A stretch of DNA of 64,000 bases, from positions 5,890,001 through 5,954,000 of the forward strand of contig JBHGNT010000017.1 in assembly GCA_043228905.1 (NCBI GenBank), read 5' to 3'. A program made the position numbers and the translations under genes. Shown piece by piece: positions 35,301 to 45,329 of the stretch. Within the stretch, counting starts at the first letter, position 1, and each line of letters opens with the position of its first letter. The notes under the pieces were generated by a model that ran no database searches, was not told the origin of the DNA, and worked only from the letters and a program-made list of their open reading frames with translations. The DNA is from Azolla caroliniana (taxonomy: Eukaryota; Plantae; Polypodiophyta).

Positions 35301-35986
35301 CTATTAGCCTTCACCTTATCGAACACATCGGAGAATTCTATGTACTTCTTTGGTAGTTGGACCCCCAATTCTTGTGAGCTAGATGAGGGAGTTGCTAAAA
35401 CCGCAAATACCATCATGTCTTCCTTTCTTCCATCCTCTCGTAATTGATGTATAGAGATTGTTGAAATTGTGGGGGATCCTAGATCCTTAGTTGGAGCTTC
35501 AAGAGACTTGGATTGTACGGTGACCTCTTCAATAGTTCTTTTTCTCCAATCAATGGTTGGGTTATGTAACTCAAACCAAGGAAGACCAAGAACTAGAGAG
35601 TGCTCCGGACTACTAATGATGTTAAATGAGATGACACTAGCCAAATTACCTAGGACTACACGAATTGGTTCAGACTCTTCGACTATATCTCCTGATGCTA
35701 TAGGGCGACCATCGATGACTCCTACAGCTACTGGGTTTGGGAGTTTTTTCAAGATGATGTTGTGAGTCAATGCAAACTCGCGATCCATGAAACAAGAATT
35801 GGCTCCGGAATCTAGGAGGGCAGAGGCTAGGGCACGATGACCTGTAGATGTGCTAAGCTCGACTTGTGCAGAAAAAACTCTACTAACTTGATTTGATGAA
35901 ATGGAACCACAACTAGGTACTGACTCTACATAACTAGGATGGTCCAACCAAATGGCTCCTATTTTGGCCGGACTTATTCGTTTAAC
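32342..35986 (-). CDS. Pol (protease, RT, RNase H, integrase, chromodomain), predicted to be expressed by -1 frameshift from gag
   Basis: LLDSGA, YLDD, DASD, HHCC, GPY, YEVAAILDSK..YLVDWLGY; the -1 frame is open from G_TTA_AAC. Confidence 0.93.
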   Translation of the reverse strand, partial: VKRISPAKIGAIWLDHPSYVESVPSCGSISSNQVSRVFSAQVELSTSTGHRALASALLDSGANSCFMDREFALTHNIILKKLPNPVAVGVIDGRPIASGDIVEESEPIRVVLGNLASVISFNIISSPEHSLVLGLPWFELHNPTIDWRKRTIEEVTVQSKSLEAPTKDLGSPTISTISIHQLREDGRKEDMMVFAVLATPSSSSQELGVQLPKKYIEFSDVFDKVKANRLPEHRPYDCPIDLQPGKEPPWGPIYNLSPTELEVLREYINENLANGFIQHSKSPAGAPIFFVKKKDGTLRMVVDYRGLNKVTVRNRYALPLISSLLERLSEAKYFTKLDLRGAYNLVRIRPGDEWKTAFRTRYGHFEYTVMPFGLTNAPAVFQHMANDIFRDFLDIFIIVYLDDILIYSKTQEEHDIHVRQVLQWLREYGLYAKLEKCSFDQCQVEFLGYIVSSNGISMDPSKVQTILDWQTPQSVRDVQCFLGFANFYRKFIKDYSKIVLPLTQLTHKNRPFVWSIDANSAFEGLKQAFTSAPILIHVDPMRRFILEADASDFALGSVLSQIGDDGELHPVAFHSRKFEAAEINYEIHDKELLAIVDSFQQWRHFLEGSSQQIIVYNDHKNLTYFQSARVLNRRQARWAQFLTRFDFVILYRPGMQQGKADALSRRSYMELQPGEAAFESQKQILLGSDRLRIMAMHTINTPGDSRLLDSIREQIATDAFAQEVLSHIIPNRASSSQTQNPRLDYTQFSWHDGLLFRQTLLYVPDGPSRLKVMQQCHDTPMAGHFGIHKTFELISRRYWWPRLRHFVTDYVRSCDTCCRSKKPRHHPYGLLQPMPIPESPWKSISLDFITDLPPSKGFDSILTVVDRFTKMAHFLPCTKTITSQETADLLMREVFRHHGLPDDIISDRGPQFISKFWRHMFKLLHTSCKLSSGYHPETNGQSERTNQTVEQYLRCFVNYQQDDWVDLLPLAEFAYNNSEHSSTGYSPFFANIGYHPCWTMLEHPELPKNPAAEDRLTRLQEVQDMLLHHLCEAQNTQKKIADRHRRDSSTTFQVGDPVWLLQGSIKTTRPCYKLDYQRFGPYVISGKINDVTFRLDLPPHMRLHPVFHVSLLEPYTTSSIPGRVTPPPPPIDVSNGSEYEVAAILDSKIIRNKLYYLVDWLGYTPNDRTWEPAEHLANASDMVVAFHNQYPHKPSLNSFLPTRATRHRKGGIMS

Positions 35987-37101
35987 ACATCCTCTAATTG
36001 GCTCAAGACATCAAATCTATTCTCATGGCATGGGCTATTAGGCTTAGTACTTAAGTTATTAGAAGTGATAGTAGAACTTGATGTAGGGTTGTCATGTGCA
36101 CTTACTTGGTAAACTTGACGCCTGGGTTTATGTGGACAATTCACAGCTATATGTCCTGGACCACCACAGTAGAGGCATAGGCGATGCGCCCGACGTCGTT
36201 GTTTCTCAGCATCTGATAAGGGCCCTCGACGTTGTGTCGACTCTATTTCCATCGGAGTGGGACCATCCCTCGTAACGGGTCTAGAACCTTGTGGCGGTGT
36301 GGCGACTATAGAAGCGTATGTCTGTTCCGGTTGGCGGCGTAACATTTGTTGACGTTCAGAACGTCGCTCAAATAGGCGATTATCACATCGCACAGCTCGG
36401 CTAATAGCTTCAGTAAGAGACTTTGGATCTTCATGGAAAGTAAGAAGAAGATCTTTGACATCGTTACGCAAACCCTGACGGAATTGATCCATTAAGGCTG
36501 CCTCATCCCAAGGGATGTCGCATGCCAAGAGACGGAAATCTGCGGCATAAGCTGAAGCGGGACGATCTCCTTGTCGGAGTCTTCGAATCTTGTTTATTGC
36601 AGTCCTAGTGCTATCCGTATCTCCAAAACTAGCTTGAAACTCCTTAACGAATGCCTCGAAATCCTCCAGTAATGGTGATTTCTTCTCAAGAAGAGGTGCA
36701 AACCATGCCAACGCTGTACCGCTTAGCAAGGTTCCTATTAATCCCACACGGGCAGCATCAGTTGGATACCGATTGGGATGTAACTGAATCACCAAACGAA
36801 CTTGATTCAGGAAACCTCGAAAGAGAGATCTGGTACCATCAAACTTGGCAGGGAGGCTAATCTTTGGTTCCCTTGGGGAGTTTTGAACCCCCGCCGCTTG
36901 TTCTCGTAATGTTAATATAGTAGCCTCAAGTTGATGAACCCGTTGTGATAACTCCTCATATTGATGAGCTTTCTCAGTACTGACTTGTTGAAGATCCCCG
37001 AGTAGCCTTTGATTTTCTTGCTCTAATGCCACAAACTTAGTGGTGAGCATATCGAGCTCCGAAAGGACACGCATATACTCTTGCTTGCTGACCGACTCCA
37101 T
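35974..37101 (-). CDS. Gag (Tf1/sushi/PEG10-like capsid with CCHC knuckle)
   Basis: [41 protein letters not shown]. Confidence 0.95.
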   Translation of the reverse strand: MESVSKQEYMRVLSELDMLTTKFVALEQENQRLLGDLQQVSTEKAHQYEELSQRVHQLEATILTLREQAAGVQNSPREPKISLPAKFDGTRSLFRGFLNQVRLVIQLHPNRYPTDAARVGLIGTLLSGTALAWFAPLLEKKSPLLEDFEAFVKEFQASFGDTDSTRTAINKIRRLRQGDRPASAYAADFRLLACDIPWDEAALMDQFRQGLRNDVKDLLLTFHEDPKSLTEAISRAVRCDNRLFERRSERQQMLRRQPEQTYASIVATPPQGSRPVTRDGPTPMEIESTQRRGPLSDAEKQRRRAHRLCLYCGGPGHIAVNCPHKPRRQVYQVSAHDNPTSSSTITSNNLSTKPNSPCHENRFDVLSQLEDVLNE

Positions 37102-39052
37102 AACCGCGGGGAAAAAAGAAAGAAGGATAAAGAAGAAAGCTTGCTAGGGTTATTGGAGAAAGGGAAAAGAAATATTCGGTTCAAACTGTCGTGACTCTTG
37201 AGTAGGAAGCAGAGAGAGAGCGATGGCGATAGAGATAACGATAACGATAGAGATGGCGAGAGCGGTAGAGATAGCGATAGTGATAGCAAAAGAGAGTGAA
37301 AAAGGGAGAGAGTGCGAGAGAGAGAAAAGTATAAGTGAGAGATAAGAAATGGGAATGAGATTATATTATGAGAAAGAAGATTACAAGGAGTAGGCTAAGG
37401 GCTAAAGACTGGTGTTGAACCGAATGAGTTGTGATGAGTGTATGGACTCTTATTTATAGGCCCTTATGGAGTATTCTAGAATGTTCTAGAATATTTTAGA
37501 TATTTATGAATAATAATAATAATAAATATAATCATGAAATATTCAAGAACATTCTAGAATAATCTAGAATGTTCTAAATATCTCGTAATAACTAAACATA
37601 TAATTATTATGATTACATCTCACATATGTTATTACAATGGTTAAAGTACAATATGTAAACCAAGAGGTTATGGGTTCGATTCCTGGTTCGCCAAGATGAA
37701 TGTCATGATAAGCCAAGATGTATGTCTTCATGACAGTAAATGGCTTAACGACAAACGATGGTTCACCCTGTCGCTCATCAGGTCTATTAGTCTCATGTTG
37801 TAGACTAATGACACGTGCCTTGAGAGCACTTTAAGATTGCCGAAGTTCGGTCATCTGTTGAGGGGTGAAGCTAAGGTATTGGGTTATTTGCGAAAATTAC
37901 ATCTCAATGGACATTTGTCCAGGAGGATTCCCTTGAGTTCCTTCCGCTTGAGCGGATGACATCGGGTTGTTATTTTGAGCCATTAAATGATTATTTCTGG
38001 AAAAGAAATAGGGTAAGGTCAGAGAGATAGTCATAACTTCATGTCGTGATGTAAACATATCATGGGCAAACATTAATCGATATCATGATCTCACGTCAAT
38101 GCCCCTCTAGACGTATGAGATGAGGTTCAAGATCAGGTTACTATGGTAACACAAAGGTGTTTTAAAAACCATGGGGGTGACAAATAAATATTTTTCCCTG
38201 ATCTCTATATCGATTTTTTTCACGGTGGCTCCTCGAGGCTCAACCATGTATGTTCGCGTCATGAATAGTTTATACACGAAAAAAATGTTAACAATAAACT
38301 ACGTTTCGGTGCCCACATATGTCGTTTCAGCTCTTTAAGTCCTATTACGAGGACCCCGAACTGCACTTAGACCTCAAGTCTAAACAGGTGTTATAGTCAT
38401 ATGTATCAACGATGTTGTATAGTCTTGGTCATATTTGAACTCGAGACCTGGAGAACAAATGCATTAAACATTTGAGCCAACCAAGTAAGTTGCTCTTCTT
38501 GAATGTTTAATGTTTCATGCGTATAAGAGATATGTGAGGCATTTGCCCATATATGTTTTTTTAAAAGAAACATATATGTCAAGAGGCCTTATTTCGCCCT
38601 CATTTACTACAACTATATTGGTACGTTACCTAACCTCAAGTCTCGTAATTACGATGGCATACGCTAAAGTGCAACCTAATGGTCAAGCCAAATGAGCCCT
38701 CTTTTCGTAGTAGGCCCACATGGCCCATCACATGGTCACGTCATTACGAATGCCTCTCGTAAGAATGATCTCATGGTGGCATCGTATCCATGTAATGAGG
38801 GAGGGATGTTGGATACGTGTGTCATAAGAGCGACCTCACATGAAGTGGGTCAAACCCTACGTACTCAACATCATTATGGCTTTTGGCGTTTCTTTACGTA
38901 ACGAAATATTGAAGTCACCAACGGGGATTTCAACAATAAAAAATTGTTGAAAAAAGGGATGGTGACAACACGATTCTCACAAAAATGTGAGGATGGCCAC
39001 CAAGAACCTTTCCCCGAAAAGGAAAACATTCGATTTAAAATCACGTAATAAC

Positions 39053-42000
39053 TGTTGGGATTACGGTCCCTCCGGATGGGATGGTCAGATGTCCGGGAAT
39101 CGGGAATGAAGACCCGAATGAGGAGTACCCGGTATCAGAGCCGGATGATGAAGACCCGGTTTCGGATCCGGATGATGAAGATCCCGGCTACGGAGCCGGA
39201 TGACGAATGTACCCGGAGAGAGATCCGGATGCGGGGACATATTTGTGAATATGTTTGCCAAGGGCCCTCTAGGCTATATTTGTAAATAGCCCGAAAGTCA
39301 TATGTGTATAAATATGACTTAGGGCAAACAGTTTTGTTGTTGTTGCTCATTTTTTCTGTTTTCCAATTAGAGGGAGCCAAGTGAGAGCAGCCGAGAGAGA
39401 GAGTGAGAGAGAGAGAAAGGAAGAGGTCGACGCCTCTGTGTAATACCGCCGCTTGTGGCGAGGACAGCGAGCTCAAGGTCGTCGCCTTGCAGCTCGCCAT
39501 TGTACATTCCCTGCGTATAGTGATAGTTGGAGTCTTGCACTCCCGTGGTTTTTCCCGTCTAGGGTTTTCCACGCTAAACCCTGTGCATTCGAGTCTCTCT
39601 CTGTGTTTTTGATTTACTGCTGCATTGACTCGTGTTTCCTCGGTTGTGGCCGAGAGAGGAAGGTTTTGAAAGCGTCAATTCCTAACAATCTGGTATCAGA
39701 GCGACTGCAGTGCAGAAAATGGAAGGCGGCAGCAGCGGGCAGTCGGGGATGATGGTGCTGAATGCGCAGAACTACGCCGACTGGAAGATAAAGATGGAGG
39801 ATCTGCTCATTGTTCGGGACCTGTATGAACCGATCGACAGGTCGGAAATACCCAAGGGGGTACTTGAGATGGAATGGAGGCTTCTGAACCGGAAAGCCGT
39901 TGCAACCATTCGGCAATACGTCGACGTGAGCGTTCTACAACATGTGGCGAACGACACCAACGCATATGAGATGTGGCAGAAGCTGTCGGGCCTCTACGAG
40001 AGGAAGAATGCGTTGAACCGGACCTCCCTGATGAGGAAGATAGTGAACCTCAAGTACCGGGACGGCGAGAGTATGGTGGAACACGTAAGCATGTTCATAG
40101 GATTCGTGAACCAGCTTGCGGCGATCAAGTTCCCGTTGGAGGATGCAATGCAAGCCATCATGCTGATGTGTACATTGCCGGAAAGCTGGGAGAACTCGGT
40201 GGTGACTCTCAGCACCTCCTGCACCGAAGATAACTTGTCCCTACAAACGGTAAAGACAAGCATTTTGAACGAAGAAGCGCGTCGGAGAGATAAAGAACCG
40301 GCCTCCGATCCGAAGATGCTGCTTACCGAATCGGATCGGGGAAGACAACGGAACCGGAGTCCACAAAGACGGGAGAAGTCGGGGACCCGGTCGCAGTCAA
40401 GAGGAAGGCCCACATGCTTCCACTGTGGGAAGCCGGGGCACTTCCGAAAGAATTGTCGGCATTACCGAAAAGACAACGGAGCCGACGACACCGATTCGAA
40501 GAAGTCTTCGGAACGGAACGGTGCTTACCGGGGAGCCACGGACCGGAATGGTTCGGATCGGCGAGGGCAGGACCGGAAAGGAATGACGGCACTCACGGCA
40601 AGTGAAGAGGAGATCATGCTCATCACCGAAGAAGGTGAACTAAACATTGCCGGCGATGAGACTACCTGGGTGGTCGATTCTGGAGCGTCGTTCCACCTGA
40701 CCCCGGAAAGAAGATACTTCTCATCCTACACAGCCGGTGAGCATGGCTGTGTTCGGATGGGAAATGAAGGTACGTGCCAGATTGCCGGCATAGGAGACGT
40801 GTGGTTGACAACCTCGACCGGATGCAAAATGTTGCTGAAGGATGTCCGACACGTTCCGGAGGTTCGATTGAACCTGATTTCGGCCGGGAGGCTAGACGAT
40901 GAAGGCTACACAGGTAGCATCCGGAACTACGTAATGAAGTTCAGCAAGGGGAGCCTGATAGTGGCTCGGGCCCGGAAAGTCAACACACTGTACCTTATGA
41001 ATGCCTGGTTGTGTCCGGAGGAGTTGAACGTGGCAGCCGACACTGCCGGTGAACTGTGGCACAAGAGACTGTGCCACATGAGTGAGAAGGGGATGAAGAG
41101 GCTTGCAGAAGACAACCTTATTCCAGTGAAGCATGTGCACCTGGAGAAGTGCACCGATTGCCTGGCCGGTAAGCAGAACCGAACCTCCTTCCACTCAAGG
41201 CCACCGACGAGACGTAGCGCACCATTGGAGTTGGTGCACACTGACGTGTGTCAAGTAGAAACGAAGTCACATGGCGGAGCCCAGTACTTCGTGACATTCA
41301 TTGATGACCACAGCCAGAAGCTGTGGACGGCACCGTTGAAGAAAAAGGACCAAGTGTTGTGCGTCTTCAAAGAACTCCACGCGAGAGTGGAAAGGGAATC
41401 CGCAAGAAGCTGAAAGCGATACGAGCGGATAACGGAGGGGAATACCGGGGGCAGTTCGAGGAGTACTATCGCTCGAAGGGAATCCGGCTCGAGTTTACTG
41501 TGCCGAAGACGCCGAAACTGAACGGGCTAGCCGAGAGGATGAACCGGACCATAATGGAGAGGGTCCGGAGTATGTTGGCGCATGCGAAATTACCCAAGGG
41601 GTTTTGGGCTGAGGCAATGTCGACGGCGACATACGTGATAAACAGATCACCCTCAGTACCTTTGGACGGAGACACTCCGCAGAGAGTGTGGACCGGTAGG
41701 GAAGTATCCTACCGGCATCTGAAGGTGTTCGGGTGTCTCGCATATGTGCATGTGGCAAAGGACCGGAGAGGAAAGCTAGATCCAAAGACCCGGCCATGCA
41801 TATTCCTCGGTTACGGCGATGACGAGTTCGGCTACCGAGTATGGGACCCGGTCGACAAAAGTGTTGGGGACGAGGTCGTCTATGCGGAAGATCAAGAAGC
41901 ATTCGATTGGTGTTTGAATACCTGCCTATGACAGATTGTAGGTCGTGCACAGAGAGAGAGAGAGAGAGAGACACACACACAAAAAATACTTTCTATTTCC

Positions 42001-42524
42001 CAAAGCAATAATACAACACCCAAAAAACCTTTACAAAAAGGTTACAAGGTCACTATATATAGTGACCGACTTAGGGCAACTACCCTTTATGCTAATTACA
42101 TAAATGGCCGAAACGGGATGGTGTGAATACGTCCATTATACACATGTATTCGACACTCCCCCGTAATGGGCGTATACATGGGTTATCTAAGATTACAGGT
42201 ATAGACTTAGGTTCTCGGACATATCAGCTTTGTTCGAGTCGGCAGGGTCCGAAGGCAGAAGACCGAACTGGTCGGGTCGGAACAGTTGAAGCCGATCATT
42301 AAGGAACTGATGTCGGTTGTCGGGAACCATCCTGCTCTGTGTCCGGCTCTAACCGGACTGGTTTGTCGTTACGCCCATCTGATGCCGAAGAGACCGAAAA
42401 CGGTCTGCCGAAAGACACTTGGTCATTCCATCTGCCAGATGTTGGGGACGAGGTCGTCTATGCGGAAGATCAAGAAGCATTCGATTGGTGTTTGAATACC
42501 TGCGTATGACAGATTGTAGGTCGT

Positions 42525-42564
<40 letters not shown>

Positions 42565-45329
42565 ACACACACACACAAAAAATACTTTCTATTTCCCAAA
42601 GCAATAATACAACACCCAAAAAACCTTTACAAAAAGGTTACAAGGTCACTATATATAGTGACCGACTTAGGGCAACTACCCTTTATGCTAATTACATAAA
42701 TGGCCGAAACGGGATGGTGTGAATACGTCCATTATACACATGTATTCGACAAAAAGGATATTCCGGAGTCGTGATATCATCTTCATGGAGGACAAGACAC
42801 TCGCCGACTGGGAGTCGGAGAAGAAGATGAAGAGCTCCAAGTCGACCGGTGAGGATCAACTCTACGAGGAGCAGTCCCGACCGGCAAGGGACCGGTTAGC
42901 ACTCGAGGATCCGGCCGAAGACGGTGAAGAAACAGAACCGGCCGAGGAAGATGAAACTGATACCGGAACCGGCCCCGATCCCGAAATGGATTCGGATGAA
43001 GAGGAAACGGAGGAGACGGTTACCGAAGCTCCGGAACGGAGATATCCTCTAAGAGAGAGAAGGGCCCCCCGGAGATTTCTAGAACCAGAGCACGTGCTGC
43101 TAACCGACGAGGGGGAGCCGGAGAGTTTTGAAGAAGCAAAGCTTGACACCCATAGCCGCAGGTGGTTAAGTGCCATGCAGGAGGAGATGGATTCCCTGCA
43201 TGAGAACCACACATATGAACTTGTGGAGTTGCCGAAAGGAAAGCGAGCACTTCGAAACAAGTGGGTGTTCAAGCTGAAACCGGGAGATGCCGGAAACCCC
43301 CCGAGATACAAAGCCAGGATCGTGGTGAAGGGGTTCCAGCAGAAGAAGGGCATCGACTTCGACGAGATATTTGCCCCGGTAGTGAAGATGACCTCCATCC
43401 GGACGGTACTGAGCATAGCGGCAAGCATGGACCTCGAGGTAGAACAGATGGACGTGAAGACGACATTCCTTCACGGTGACCTCGAAGAAGAGATCTACAT
43501 GCAGCAACCGGAAGGATTCGAGAAGAAAGGGAAGGAGCACCTGGTATGCCGGTTGAAGAAGAGCCTTTACGGACTGAAGCAGGCTCCCCGGCAATGGTAC
43601 CGGAAGTTCGACTCCTTCATGACCGACGAAGGGTACCACAAAACGCAGTCCGATCACTGCGTGTTTGTGAAGAAGTTCGAAGGAGGAGACTTTCTAATAC
43701 TCCTCCTGTACGTGGACGACATGTTGATCGTCGGACGGGACCAGGTCAAGATACGGATGCTGAAGAAAGCGCTTCACCGAACCTTCTCAATGAAGGACCT
43801 GGGTCCGGCGAGGCAAATACTAGGGATGCACATCATCCGGGACCGGAAGAAGAAGCAGTTGTGGCTGTCACAGGAGAAGTACGTGACAAAGGTGCTTCAC
43901 CGGTTCAACATGTCGGAAGCAAGACCGGTCGGGTCAACCCTCCCGGCAAACTGCAAGCTGTCCAGCAAGCAAAGCCCCAAGACAAAAGCTGAGAAGGAGG
44001 ACATGATGAAAGTACCATATGCCTCTGCCGTCGGAAGCTTGATGTACGCAATGGTGTGTACAAGACCGGACATAGGATATGCAGTCGGAGTGGTGAGCCG
44101 GTACATGAGCAATCCCGGCAAAGAGCACTGGAACGCGGCCAAGTGGATACTCCGATACCTGAAGGGCACGGCAAACGTGTGCCTCCGATTCGGCTCCGGT
44201 AAGCCCGAACTCGACGGCTTTACCGATTTGGATATGTCGGCTGATGCAGATACCAGCCGGTCCACATCAGGGTATGTGATGACGTATGCAGGGGGAGCTG
44301 TTTCGTGGCAGTCGAGGCTGCAGAAGACGGTTGTGTTGTCAACCACGGAGGCGGAGTACATGGCGGCTGTTGAAGCCGGCAAGGAAATAATATGGATGAA
44401 GGACTTCATTACAGAGCTCGGTATCCGGCAGGAGGAGTACCGACTCTACTGCGACAGTCAGAGTGCCATCCACCTTGCGAAGAATGCGGCCTATCACTCC
44501 CGGACGAAGCACATCCAGCGAAGATATCACTGGATCCGGGAAAGGATAGAAGACCAGGAGTTCGTGCTGACGAAGATCCACACGGACGAGAACGGGTCAG
44601 ATATGCTGACCAAAGTGCTCACACCCGACAAGCTGGAAGCGTGCCGGAAGAGGGTCGGACTGGAAAGACATCCCATGCCGAAGTGAAGGGGGAGTTTGTT
44701 GGGATTACGGTCCCTCCGGATGGGATGGTCAGATGTCCGGGAATCGGGAATGAAGACCCGAATGAGGAGTACCCGGTATCAGAGCCGGATGATGAAGACC
44801 CGGTTTCGGATCCGGATGATGAAGATCCCGGCTACGGAGCCGGATGACGAATGTACCCGGAGAGAGATCCGGATGCGGGGACATATTTGTGAATATGTTT
44901 GCCAAGGGCCCTCTAGGCTATATTTGTAAATAGCCCGAAAGTCATATGTGTATAAATATGACTTAGGGCAAACAGTTTTGTTGTTGTTGCTCATTTTTTC
45001 TGTTTTCCAATTAGAGGGAGCCAAGTGAGAGCAGCCGAGAGAGAGTGAGAGAGAGAGAAAGGAAGAGGTCGACGCCTCTGTGTAATACCGCCGCCTGTGG
45101 CGAGGACAGCGAGCTCAAGGTCGTCGCCTTGCAGCTCGCCATTGTACATTCCCTGCGTATAGTGATAGTTGGAGTCTTGCACTCCCGTGGTTTTTCCCGT
45201 CTAGGGTTTTCCACGCTAAACCCTGTGCATTCGAGTCTCTCTCTGTGTTTTCGATTTACTGCTGCATTGACTCGTGTTTCCTCGGTTGTGGCCGAGAGAG
45301 GAAGGTTTTGAAAGCGTCAATTCCTAACA
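39053..45329 (+). mobile_element. Ty1/Copia of the same family as 22477-27879. LTRs 39053-39687 and 44697-45329, TSD ATAAC; gag-pol 39719-44686 broken by a 1-bp deletion at ~41403 and a TRIM
   Basis: PBS at 39691; PPT GAAGGGGGAG; ORFs 39710-41413, 41323-41931 and 42719-44686. Confidence 0.97.
41862..42751 (-). mobile_element. TRIM (non-autonomous LTR element): LTRs 42440-42751 and 41862-42155, 284-bp internal domain, TSD AAAAG
   Basis: TG..CA direct repeats; PPT GGGGGAG at 42156-42162; PBS-like TGGCAGATGG at 42428-42437. Confidence 0.95.

Larger units (their letters stand above)
31801..37735 (-). mobile_element. Intact, very young Tcn1-like Ty3/Gypsy chromovirus: 549-bp LTRs 37187-37735 and 31801-32349, TSD GTAAA
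   Basis: LTRs appear identical; PPT AAAAGGGGGGATAA; non-tRNA PBS; intact gag and pol. Confidence 0.98.

Noticed and set aside
38420-38490. Very degenerate A/B-box-like segment in the Met chromovirus leader
   Set aside because: Poor B-box (GAGTTCAAATAT) and only one copy to compare
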